Positions 51,560 through 63,809 of a stretch of DNA of 64,000 bases are shown one piece after another. The DNA comes from Dicyema japonicum (Eukaryota; Animalia; Dicyemida): positions 8,872-72,871 of the forward strand of contig RDEW01000064.1 in NCBI GenBank assembly GCA_011109175.1, given 5' to 3'. The notes below the pieces were generated by a model. The model was not told the DNA's origin, made no database searches, and saw nothing but the letters and a program-made list of their open reading frames with translations. The translations under genes and the position numbers were made by a program. Within the stretch, counting starts at the first letter, position 1. Every line of letters starts with the position of its first letter.

Positions 51560-54500
51560 GGAAGTATCAATCTCACACAGTATAGACGACGTCATCTACG
51601 TCACAACACAAACTACCAGTAAAAACAACTTCATCAGATTCTCAATCTCATCTCCCTTAGATTCTTCCTCCGACAAAAGAGCGGGAAAAAACGTGCGAAT
51701 AAACAATGAAATCGTATCAAAATTATTCGAAAATCCCCGGTATTCCTCATAATATCTAACACCAACGTGACAACACGGACGGGTCAAACAAACAGCAATG
51801 AGGACCACCAGAGAGTGAATCATGTTATGTTTGCTCATCCCTCCCCACTCTACCAATCACCCAACTCATACTGTTGCACGTGTCATTCAGAAACAACACC
51901 AACTCCTCGTCAGAGAAAGGCAACAGACTCGTCACAATCTAAGTCACCACCATAACTACAGAATCCCTACAACAGTCCTCTGCTAACTCTGCCAGTCCAG
52001 GACGCGTGGTTGAATACACCCTATTCACCACCGACATTAAAATCTCCCGGTAGTGCAACAGCAGACTCGACAGTACCAGTCGGTTAAAGATGGCGTCCAT
52101 TTCTAAGGTAACTCAGGGACCAACCTTTCCGACGGTTCTCTAAAATAAATCCACTCCTTACTCTGAAAATTCTTAATAGACTCAATCAGCAGTACGTGGT
52201 CTCCCACAGAATTACAGATGTGTACAACCTCTGACTGCAATTGAACGGCAACTTTCTGACATTATTTCCTACTCTACCATTATCTCATTGAATTGATCCA
52301 GCACGTGGGCAAAAACCTTTTCCATCAAGTATTCCATGCCACGTAACCCCATCAGCAAACACAATGCCTCCATCTCTACCATTACCACACTCCAACCTTG
52401 TCGTGATGTGTATTCCTCCAAGTCGAACACGTGAGCACCCTCATTTGCACACAACCCCACGAAACAGTCACAGGAGAACGAGTATATCATTTCCCTCCGA
52501 GCCAACGCCTTCAGCAGAAAGTCAACGTACCTAAGTAACCCCCACGTTACTACCACGCCGTCATTCTCTGCTGTAGAGGCGGTAGGTCCCCAATCTCAGT
52601 ACAGTTCACCCACAGCTCATTATTAAGTGAGTCCATACCACGTGTCCAGCCAACTAGGAATAAAAGAACCCCTTACAGACAGCATCAACTTGCACAACCA
52701 CATCAATGAGGACGGATTTCCTCAAGTTCACTTGTGAGGGAAGACAAGTGATCATTGCAGCATTGCTTTGATACGAACTTTCATCTATCAGTCTTAAGAG
52801 GAGGGGACTGAGGGCGCTCTCAAACTGCTTTCCGTGATGTTCCGTCGCGAATCTACGGAAAGTCCTTGACAGGGCGGTGATAGATGTCATAAGGTTGGAC
52901 CTACTGTGACCATAATAACCCACGTGGTTCAAAGTACTCTTTATTGTTGGATAAAGATATCTCAGACTTGCTTTTCGACTGCTTCCCGTATATGTGACCC
53001 ATCATTCTCTGTCCCAACACGGCGGGATCCAAAGCCTTTATCAACCCACGTGTCACCTGTTCTGTAAACTTCAGCCTATTGTAGTAGACGTTCTCGATAT
53101 ACTGAACCAAGGAGAAAACCACGTTCTCCAGAAATTTATCACAGAGACTTTCTGCTAGGGTTATCAATGGAAATTGCTTGTGTTACCACCAGCTACCTCC
53201 TCAGGACAAAGCACGTGGAAGCAGGTTCCCACTCCCTCTGTAAGTCGAAGGTAGCCACCAATGTAGTTGATTCTGCTTATTCTGGAGAGACACAGAAAGA
53301 ACTGGTGCTCTATCAGGTTGGGGGTGTGGCTAAATCACGGAAAAGGCTTACAAATATGTGGAGAGGTCACAGACACGTGCCAGAAATTCGGGGTATGCGT
53401 TAACAGCCATGTTTATGGAAGAGGGTCTGACAGGAGAGCAGGTACAGGGATCCCCTTTAAGGAGCAATTCCCCTGAGCCATAGACAAAACATACTCGCAG
53501 TCATCTACATGTCCCTCACGGAATGCCGTCTCCAATCGTACGCAGATGTCCAGTCCACATGGAGTTGACAAAGTCAGACTTGTCGTCCAACTCTCCCTCA
53601 AATTTAATCTTTTTCCCGCCACTGAGCATATTAAGCCCCAAAATGAGTCTTATTTCGTCCGTTGCATACAGCAGGATCTTAGTCACGGAAGGTAACTACA
53701 ACACATGTAACCAGTACCTCACGGTAGATATTGTTGGACAGCTGGGCATTGACCTCCTCCATCATACCCAGAAGGAGTGTCCTTCTCTCCCTTATCATAG
53801 TCAAACTGGAGATCAGTCACAACAATACTAGTTGGTGGGGAAATTCAAGGATTTGAACTCGGTGGAGAGCTTGGGAGGCAGTTGTCTAAATATAAAAGGT
53901 TACCAACAATTTGATGGCAGTAAAACATCGAACACAAAGATCTTGGGAAAACCTGACCTTGTCCCTGATGAGACAGACCAGAGGGAATGCTCTAACTGTG
54001 TTGATGAGGATCGAAGACAGAGATTCCTCCGTTAGTTCCGTGGCTATTCCGATGAGGGACACTTGGGATTAAAAAATTTGTTACGGATAATCAGTCTAGA
54101 GAGGCTAAAGGGGGTCAAACCGTTGAGCTCCGTCTAAATCTGAGACCACTTGATCACCCAAGTGATGGATTCGAAGTGAGAAGTGTCAATTTTAAGGAAA
54201 TTCATCTTCATGTTCTTTTCGGTTGAAATCACACAATTTCGGATCGCCTGACCAAAGAAGAAGACCTCCTTCCGGATTTTGCAGTAGGGGGCGTCGACCT
54301 CGTTCAGTAACCGGATCAACGCGCTAAACTGGGAGTCCCTGAAGCTTAGAGGAACAAATACTGAATCTTTTCCCCATGAATACACAAATGACAGTAGTAG
54401 TAGAGGACGACCACGTGCTTAAGGTTAGGAATGTCGGAGATGATGAGAATACAGCTCACCAGGTCGGCCACCAGCTGCAAAATGGATACAGTCGGGTAGT

Positions 54501-54660
54501 AGTTGGTGTTCTATAGTGAGAAGAAGCACTACAATGTCCAGTCGTGGAAGAGTATCGGCTAACAGTCTGGCGAACTCTCGGATGTGGTCAAGGAGGCCCA
54601 TAAAGTTCTGTAGAGTATAGTACATGGGACCGATGTCCTTCATAATATCCATCCTGAGAA
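51560..54660 (-). other. Endogenous viral element 1: decayed, internally deleted L polymerase of a negative-strand RNA virus (Mononegavirales/Jingchuvirales-like)
   Basis: Collinear motif remnants: YSWG (~54375); K..KEVFFFGQ..R..ISTEKN premotif (~54200-54285); FEG/SWT motif B (~53585-53605); MAQG-N motif C (53467-53481); GIPVP (~53445); TALSRTFRR (~52850); GVT..G..P..GS capping region (~52290-52350); VEWGGMS MTase-like (~51835-51855). Many stops and frameshifts. Confidence 0.75.
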
Positions 54661-55389
54661 GGCAAAGATTGGAAACAAAATTCTTTAGTGAGTGAAATTT
54701 AAACCGACTTAATGTCTAAGGAATCGTGCTTCTTGGAGATATACTTGATAGCAGACTCCACGTTTTTATCCGCTATCCATCCGGATGTGTCACACAGCAT
54801 CTGCATGCAGGAGTAATGGTACCTTTTTGTAGTTGTAAAACCTTACAAGGAGGCCACTACATCTTAAGCATAATTTGGAGGTATATTCGGATAATACATA
54901 GCAATCCATTTGAATTTTATTATTTTATTTAAAGTTTTAAATTTCTGTAATTTTTAATCAATTTTTAATTAATTACTTTTTAACAGGTGTGGGAGATAAA
55001 AGTAATAATCCGTCTCTCAAAAACCTCTCCAAGTTATTATCTACACTAGAATCAAAAATTCCCTAATCAAAGATCACTTCATGATGCTCGGTCTATGAAA
55101 ATAGTAAAACAATTGTCAACGGCCTTTGACTTTACGCAAATAAAAAGAGAATCATATCTACTATGGGGGGACAAAGTTTGCATTCTTCAAACTATTCCGG
55201 AAACTGAGCCATCTGCATTTGTTTACTACTTATTTTTTTAACCACCAGTTCCCTTCACTTGAAACGATTGGAGGTAAATAAGTAAATATATTGGTGGTAT
55301 CCATGACTACTAGAACTCTTTAAGGCTCTCCAGACCTGTTAAAATAAAACTCCTTTGTCGGGAAAATTGACAAGTGATTAATCTCCCTT

Positions 55390-56400
55390 GTGTGTTTGTC
55401 AGGGACAGAGTGCATGAAATTCAAGGAAACACACATAGCGGAGATCCCGAGATTATTGAGATGGATTCGCTATTCCTTCTACGTGGGTGGAGCGTATGAA
55501 CTCTCTCTCAGACGGAAGATCATGAGGCATATACAATCAGAGTCGCCGCCTCTGAAAGAGACTGGGGATTGATATGGTGTCAGATTGCATATGCCGCATG
55601 ATTTTCAGCCAGAGAGAGTTTATGCTTTCGATTCTCGAAGAAAGGGTCAGAATTTTCAGACATAACTGGCATATTCACTTGTCGGCAAATAACTTGAAGA
55701 TATGGATGCTTGCTGTTTATTTTATTTACTTAGAACCAAGAATCACCGACAAAACAATGGTTGTGAATCCACAAGAACTCATTCGGATGACGTAATCGTG
55801 GTGGACACATCTCTAAAATCTTCTATATCTGAAGGAAGAATCCGGGAGTATGTGAACCAGATTGAACAATGGTGCAACTTGAGAGGGTTAAAGATTTCTG
55901 CTGAAAAATCTTGCGCACACCGAATAAGCAATGTGAAAAAGCACCTGAAACAAGAATACACACTGGGAGTAAACAATGCACACAGTCTGCGCTACGTGAA
56001 GGGTCGACTATGGACACACAGGAGATTACATGGATGACATAAAAGGGAGGAGAAAAAGAGCCTTTCAGTCGCTCCTATGTACACGGAAGTCACACGTTAG
56101 CCGTGACACCTACCTGTTTATCTTCAAGGGAGTTATTCTCCCTAGCTTACTTTATGGGTGCGAGGGGTGGTTCTCTCTGAAAAGGGAGAAGATCTTATCC
56201 CTCCTAGAGAAGACTAGGAGAGCTGCAATTAAGCTCTCCTTAAACAAGAAACTGAAGGACTGTCTAAGCCAGGACGAAAACAAGCTCTTAGAACCGATTA
56301 GCAGGATTGTGGTGGATCAATTCAGGAGGAGATCAAAGATCCAGGACACGTATATAAAGCTACGAGAAACGTCCTTAAAAAATTAATAAAAAAAAGGAGG
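55390..56400 (+). mobile_element. I/Jockey-group LINE RT 3' part
   Basis: HSDDVI..IEQWCNLRGLKISAEKS; FKGVILPSLLYGCEGW; A-rich tail ~56385-56395. Confidence 0.65.
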
Positions 56401-56907
56401 AAGGGTCCAGGTGTAGAGTCTAAGCCCTATGGTAGGGCACAGATGTAATACCCTTCAGAAAACTCCATAACTCTGTTAATAAATCGTTTACTAGTAACTA
56501 AGAACTCATTCTAAATAAAATTGTTCACTTTATAAAAAATACCCTTATGAAGCCTACTGTGATAGGAGGTTATTGTCAATTTTGATTGTGAGATCGTTCA
56601 AGTCAGCAATAAATTTATTAAATGTGAACTTTTAACGAATTTGGCTCTGGGCTGTCTGGGAATGTGCTAATCTAACAACATTACAACGTTATTTTTATTT
56701 TTTAATAGCACGTGTACTTATGGCCAAGTTAATTCCACGTGACATTATTTTGAAAATTGAGAATGTATGCTCACTATCCAATATGAAAGAGATTCTCTTA
56801 TTAATTTAGTGATTATTATTTCTTATGGTAGATTAGTCGTAATATAACTCACAAAACATTTCTAATTGCTAAGATTTTGATAAAAAATATTTTCAATATT
56901 AAACGTA

Positions 56908-57092
56908 GTATTTCTGTAAACAGAAAACCTGAAAAATTATTTCGGTGGTGTGATGTGTGATTTATTTGAAATTTAAAAATTTTTTTTATAAAAATCATTA
57001 GTATTTCTGTAAACAGAAAACCTGAAAAATTATTTCGGTGGTGTGATGTGTGATTTATTTGAATTTTAAAAATTTTTTTTATAAAAATCATA
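56908..57092. repeat. Tandem duplication, 93-bp unit x2
   Basis: gtatttctgtaaacagaaaacc at 56908 and 57001. Confidence 0.9.
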
Positions 57093-57535
57093 ATAACTTT
57101 CACGTTTTAATTGTAAGCTAACGGGAAAATCAATATATTGCAAGTTTCGTGTTTTTAGTACAGGATGATTCCCGATTTTCCACATGCCAGTTAGGTTTTT
57201 TAGGTTGATTTTTTTGTGACATTTGCATAGCAAATATTTGTATCGAAGATCACCCTCAGTGTAATCCCGTTAATGGTGAGTAACTTCGTTAAGTGAATAA
57301 TTACTAGTAACGACACAGCCACCACGTGAACAGAGATAATTCTCTTAGCGCCCTAAAATGTCCATCCTCAGGTTCAATGCTCACTGTCTCTTGAAGCTGG
57401 CATCTGATTTGTTTATGATTAATAAATATTTGAAAATAATTACTAGTAAAACAACCACATCATTTATAAAAATCGAAATAAATTATTTCCTCATTCTCAT
57501 AGACACCACATGCTGTCTCTTTTTCACATGCTTAG

Positions 57536-58217
57536 GTGTCTTAGTCAATCTTCGATGGAAGCTTTTCCCTTTATTCGATGCCGCCTATTTGGGACTTGGG
57601 AGTGATTTGGAGACCGACGCCTTCCCCGTCCGACTCTTCGAGAGGAATGGGGTGGATTTTGTAGCCTGTCAGACGTTTTCGAAGATCTTTGCTTTCTGCA
57701 GTTTGCTCTTTGCTTATTTTAGATGAACGGACCGCCAACATCACGGCCGTCTTCACCGATCCGGTCGTTAGGGACCGCGTTTTAACTGAACTTGAGTCAA
57801 TCGTCAAAAATTCCTATGGAATGCCTCCAGCCTTTGGTGCCAAGATCGTCTACCACGTGCTTAGTAACCCGAGTTACTTTTCAAAATGGTATAAATTTGA
57901 ATTATTTTTGTAGGAAAACTGAATTGGCCAATACTGTGCAAAAGTTCAGGTATTTGAGGATCGCTTTGAGGGAAAGCTTCTCCTGCAAGTTGCCGGGGTT
58001 TAATTTTGATTTTATTACTAACAATTACGGATACTACGTTCAGTTAAATTTTACAGGTATCCCCCAGTTTGACCCTCCAGGTGATGAACAGACCATTCTT
58101 AGATACAGATATCACATTTATGTCCGAAAAAATGGAAGAATCGACCTACGAAGAATGACCCACGAGAATATCGAGTATTTTACGGATTCAATAATATCCG
58201 TGTTATTCCCCGATTGA
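57536..58217 (+). CDS. Aspartate aminotransferase-like PLP enzyme, C-terminal half, with three micro-introns (5' exons not resolved)
   Basis: LFPLFDAAYLGLGSDLETDAFPVRLF..QTFSKIFAFC/NERTANI..SYGMPPAFGAKIV..W/K..HIYV.KNGRI aligns to DxAY, the PLP-lysine SKNF..ER and GRI. Introns 57701-57722 (22 nt), 57889-57913 (25), 58057-58080 (24). Confidence 0.85.
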
Positions 58218-59199
58218 GTTTGTTACCAGTTGTTTATATTTGTTCATTTCACCTATTTATCAATTCATAAATTTTTGTGTCAGTTTGTCCCCGATCGAAT
58301 TTTGTTTCTGTTTCTCCCTTGATATCCTCACGGTGACAGCCATTCACCCAGGATCGCCTTCAGCGAAATTCCGAAACCCTTAAAAAATATGCGACCTTAG
58401 TTAGACATGCTCGTTTGTCTTTCTTTTGATTGTGTTTCTGTGGACAATCCTGTTTTGCATTAATGTTGGCGGCATTACCATCACCGGAATGGACAGTAGG
58501 GAGATTCGAACTGGAAGCATCTGAATTTTGTTCGGGACTTTTATACACGAACCAAGAATAATCGCTATATATGAATGGGAGAGGTAGTTATTTTCTTAAG
58601 AGAGAATTATCATGATAATAAAAAACGAAAGGATCGACAATACTGGTTGCCCTCCTGATGAGGTCCAATGCTAAGTTGAATAAGTAAAAGGGATAATTAT
58701 TTAGAAAGGTGTGTCGATGGCGCATTTCAATTTATGTTGGCCAATAGCGGTCAGGAGGGGAAACGCCGTATCAGAGAAGAGGGCAGGAATAAAATAATTA
58801 ATTTCTAACAGTTTTATTTTCTAAAGCTAAGTTTTAATTGGTGACCTAATTTTGGTAATTATAGGGTTTTCCTATCAATAACGACGCTTGGGAAATCAAT
58901 AACGACAGAAAAAAATTAATTTTTACAACAATACTAGTTAAACACAAAAAATATTCATTCATTGATAATTTTACCATTAACTGCTCTCATAATGTATCTT
59001 TTCATCTTTCTGAAGTATCCTCCACAGTCTTTAGGGGTAATCAATTCGAAAGATGAAATAAGATGTCTTAGCTGTAAATCATCAATAGCAGCCTCTTTCT
59101 TCACAGAATTTTTCCATTTAAGAACACATTCTCAATTGGATTAAGGAATGTGAGTATGGAGGAAGATATATTATCTTGCGGTTGTGGATTGGATTACTT

Positions 59200-60900
59200 C
59201 CTTAATTCATTGTAATGGTGAATCCTAGCAATGCCCATGAAGTAGGGATCCACAATTCCTTCAGTTTCACATAGACTGATAGACAATATCATGTGCAGTC
59301 ATTGCGGCCATTACTGAAATATTCCTACTATTACCTGTGGAACACTAATACACGCACGAATACCTCTTCCAGATCTCCCGGACACGCTGGGAAACATTGT
59401 AACCTACCTCGTCTATAAAGACTATTCAGCTATCCCCAACGTCAAATAAAATTTTTTGGAAATTTCAATAAACTCGTGACAGTTCTACAACCGACCAAAT
59501 CAAACTAGGAGTTCTCAAATATTCATAAAAGTCTTCCTTGTGAGACCATAAGTATCCACTCAAACTTTCCTGACTTTTCCGTGACTGCTGAGTTTGAGTC
59601 ATTTCTGGACAGCGATTGGAGTTATTATAAAAGAGACAGTGATTCGGACGTCTCCACGGGACCAACCACTAATAATCTGGGGGAAATACTGATTGAGAAT
59701 TTATATAATCTACTGCGAGCAAGGATTTCCTCTATGTTCTTTGCCTTTTTTCAATTCTTAAAGACGTCATTGGATCACCCAACTTGGGGACACCCAATGC
59801 TTGGTCCCAAATAAAAAGGGAGGTCCACATAACGGCGGAAACTTGAAAGGATACATCACATGAGTAGTTCCCATCCCTCTCAGTTGTTCCGTTCACTTGG
59901 GTGGCTGAACAGTCCTAATTAAACGCAAATAGTAACTTTACATACGATTTGGCTTCGGTCCCCAATGATCTTCACACACGTGATGATTCTACAGGTCAGT
60001 TTTCTCATTTTTCAAGCGAGAACGTCTGGAAATTTCTATATGATAGTAATAATCCAGCCACATGTGCTTATTTTCATTACTCCAAATGTAAACTATTGAC
60101 TGGGACCTTACGGGGTAACTTCCTAACCAATGACTCGCAATATCTCCTTAAAGTGAGGACTTTTAGACTTTATAAAGCACCAATCGTCTCTGCATGAGGG
60201 TGTGCTAATCGTTGGAGTCTTCTTAAGGATGGTCGAATGAATTGCATCAGTAATTGAGTCTAGACTTGATGGCTCTCTCAAAATCCATCCTTACCTGTAA
60301 TTAACTCAATTAAACCACGACATTAAGAAATCAATAATCATTTACCATATTAGCAAGCACCACATGGTGGCTAATCACTACTACGAGACATTTTATTGTA
60401 CACGTCCATTTGTTGTACTCTCAATAGTCCTCCTGTCACTTAATAAGACTGAGAGGAATCCCCATTTACGAGAGTCCATTAAGAATGGGGACGATAAGCT
60501 ATACACATATAGAGGATATGAAGACAACTTGCATGCCTGAAATTTGGACACCATCGCCTGTTACTTTGAATATTGTGGTTATTTGCCCATTTCTGAGTCT
60601 CCTCCCTCTGTAGTCAGAACTTGGAAAGGTTGGGTCGGTTGGTTACGCTTGTAAGCGTTTTCTCAACGAGCAGGTGACCCGCGTAAAGAACAGAGTCTGC
60701 AAGTACATATTTTCATTATGTCATTGTAATGACAAAGTCCATGTAACCCGAGAACAATCAACAACGTCATCCTCCTCCATTTGATCCTATCACAATCAAG
60801 CTCCCGTAGTCAATCTAAGTCCTCTCCGTGAGTCGCCTCCCAATCTTTTAGAGGTTTTTGTCCAGCACCCTCGGGAGAGTGATCTTTGGGCGTCCAAGAA
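59200..60900 (-). other. Endogenous viral element 2: decayed L polymerase fragment (RdRp motifs A-D to capping domain)
   Basis: Ordered remnants: IDYGS (motif A-like, ~60800); EG..QKW..ITTI (B, ~60590); KVTGD..Q (C-like, ~60560); LVNG-IPLSLIK (~60455); REPSSL (~60265); SHPSE (~59890); CGP..YLG (~59810). More decayed than EVE 1. Confidence 0.55.
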
Positions 60901-61226
60901 TCTGTGAGAACATGTCCCCCGTGGAAATTCTAGTTACTTAATAAGTCCAAAGAACCTAAGCAGTAAACAATAAAATACCAATGAAAAGAGCTCAAAGTAA
61001 ATCGGAAGATGGTCTCCGATAATACCATTATGTACGCCAATAACAAATTTCGAGGTTTTTACGTATTTTTTATAAAATGGGTAATTTGTGCTTATATCGC
61101 AAAATTGCGAATTTTGTTAACGGAAATATTTTCATAATGGCAAGTAGAGTTCATTGCTGAGAGGTAGTTTTAGTTGGCGCACTCCAGCCTGGAGAGGTCG
61201 TCTTCCCCTATATAAATGAGGTCCCT

Positions 61227-62950
61227 GTGACTAGTGAATCAGGCTTTAAGAAATTGGCAAATTTTATGGGCGGAATTTTCCTAAGGCTCACCAATGAAGA
61301 TGGATCCTTACAGATTGAATTTGAGCTCTTCCATAACGATAATCTTTTACACGAAGACTTCCGTGAGGAGATCCATACTGGTAACCGACCTCAAAATTTC
61401 CACAAGGATGTCTATGAGGTATTACTTTAAATAGTTTAGGTCGAAAAATGGTGTCACTACTTTGACCACGTGGCTGGTCGACATCATCTTCCAGCAGCTT
61501 TCTATTTTTGTGATGGAATCGATTATTGTGCTTGCTAATTCACGAGAGGTCGATTCTCCCTCGAAAAAGAAACTTTTCTGGTCCACTCTGAAGGCAATAC
61601 AGTCTACCTAAAACTTATACTGTTCAACACGACCAGCAAAGATCCAATCAACGTAAAGGATTCTCTCAAATCAAGAATTCAAGGGCAAAGTCCAGGAAAA
61701 TCGATTTGTATGAACCTCCAAGGATGATAGTGGAGATGTTCGTAGTGATCGGCAAAAGCTCGGTTATTCGTTAATTTATTCAGGTGAGAGAATTAAACAA
61801 GAATGTTTCTAAAATACGGGAGTGGCATCTGTAGAGTTGGAGAGTAATTCGTAGACCTATCGGGTAGTAAACATCCACGTGGTCGTAATAACCCTTGAAG
61901 TATGGCTGGAAAAAGACAGGATCGATTTGAAGGGCAACACAGCCGACAGATTTGGGCGCTTTAAGGAATACATGTTAACTAGGACTGATGTGGCACGTGC
62001 CTCTTCTGTGCTAATCGAGTTTAGTGGTAATTCGATTAGTAATGAAATGGCTATTTGAATGATCTCTGCAATCCCAATTGTATTTCTGTGAGCCAAGGAG
62101 TCCTCTCAGTAACTATGCGATAAAATTGCTTTCAAGACTCTAAAAACATAAACTTCCTTCATGTGGTCATAGGGCATGAGTTGGGTTACAACCTTGGTAT
62201 TGAACACGTGGGCATGGAATGTGGATGCAATCATAGTCTGATGGAGATTAACAATTATGGCACGTGAGCTCTTTGTATTATTCAGCAACTTTAAACTCTC
62301 GAACTGCTCGATAAAGGTCCTGCGGAAAAAGAGACGGAAATGCACAGGAAATCGACCTCACTTCGAAATGGCAATCTGTGGGAAATACAATGTCGAGGGT
62401 GGGGAGGATTGCGACTGGGAGATTCTTTCAGAATGTAAATCTATCTGTTGTAACCCACGAATGTGCAACTTCTATTACCGGAGTGAATATGCGGAGGGGA
62501 AGTGTTGTGGTATGACCACCTGCAAGGTTGTGTCCCTCAAAAGACTCCACTAGCTAAAGGGAAGTGGAGTCATTTGTCAACACGCCGTTGTTGTGTGTGA
62601 CTTGACTGAGCACTGTACCAATAAAAGCAATCTTTGTCCAGTAGACGTGGAGTACTACAACAACCACACATGCACGTACCGAGTTTGTCGAATGTTAATA
62701 CTTAGAACTGTAAAAGTCGGGAATATGTGAATACTCGACCCCCAGCGAACTGCGGGAAACATGGGGTACTGGTTTGGCAAAATATTCCAGAACAGTAAAG
62801 GACATTGTCACTGTGGTAACATGTACCCAAATTGTGCAAAAAATAGGCAATGGGGGAAATGAGGACAGTGGGGATTACCCCATCCTGGGTTAGAACCATC
62901 ATTAATACTAGCACATGAGAAGATATCATTTGCTTCCATATTGATCAGAA
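61227..62950 (+). pseudogene. ADAM-family metalloprotease-disintegrin gene, divergent or decaying, with micro-introns
   Basis: Prodomain-like FCDGI; NIHVVVITLEVW; HELGYNLGIEH at 62175-62207; C.C..M turn; LSNCS; disintegrin CG..VEGGEDCD..CC..CDLTEHC..CPVD; EGF-like GHCHC..GGNEDSG. Introns 62264-62285 (22 nt) and 62527-62553 (27 nt); stops elsewhere. Confidence 0.8.
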
Positions 62951-63149
62951 CAGTACTCCTTCCGTTGGGGTATATGCGTGTTCTGCCTGGGAAGTTGTTC
63001 TATCGCAGGATTTGGATAGATATGTGGCGCCTGACTAAGAAATTCTATAGATGATTATTTATTTGCCTTCTCACCTGATAGTCTTTTCCTTTTAATGAGT
63101 GTTTTACCTGGTGATTTTTGGATTATTAATGAACGTATTAAAATGTTAT

Positions 63150-63480
63150 AGGGAGTATGGAAGATTGGTGCTCACCCGGTCCTGATGAACGCGTATGGAC
63201 AGTATATTGAGCCATGTTTCTCATATTTATGCGCCACGTGGAAAAAGTCCATATCTTGGAAAAATATGAGGAAGATCGAGGAAATGAAAAAGAGGACTTT
63301 CAGAGTAAAATAGCGTTGGATTTATGGAGAACACCGAACCGGATTGACGCCTATGGAAATCCTTATGAGACTAGATTCCAGAATGCGGTCCCGTAAATTA
63401 AGTAAGCAGTCCTGTACCGAGGGTGAGACCCCGGCAAAGATGAGGTCCTTGTTCTTGGGATGTTAAACTAAAAATAGAGT
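63150..63480 (+). mobile_element. I-group LINE fragment of the same family as 3580-4660
   Basis: GAHPVLMNAYGQYIEPCFSY versus GTHPVLMNIYKQYIEPCFSY. Confidence 0.65.
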
Positions 63481-63809
63481 AACTTCTCATGAAATCAAAT
63501 TTGATTGTCGTTGGTTCAAACCAGAAATATAAACTTTTTAGCGAAGGTTAATTCTCGTCAGAAAAATCCCTTCTGGCACGACACGGCTGTTGAAGGGGAT
63601 CTTCATACCATCTCCTGACCAAATCCACTGATGAAGATTACCTTCCGCCTAAGAATGTAGTGATGTCCGCGACTGTAAGACGTATGATGAAAATGGAAGA
63701 GGGCAATCCACCTCTCATCTGAACGGAAGTATACTAAACGACGATCTCAAAAAAATAGGGAGACGTCTTAGAGAGAGCTTAGATGGACCTTGCTCGCAGG
63801 AAGACGATG

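Noticed and set aside
58960-59140. DCG motif suggesting a Ulp1-type protease remnant (minus strand)
   Set aside because: One short motif with frameshifts; too weak.
59781-59800. Plus-strand TWGHP resembling the L-protein WGHP motif
   Set aside because: The same bases read GP..YLG on the minus strand, which fits the ordered series of minus-strand motifs; I found no supporting plus-strand motifs.
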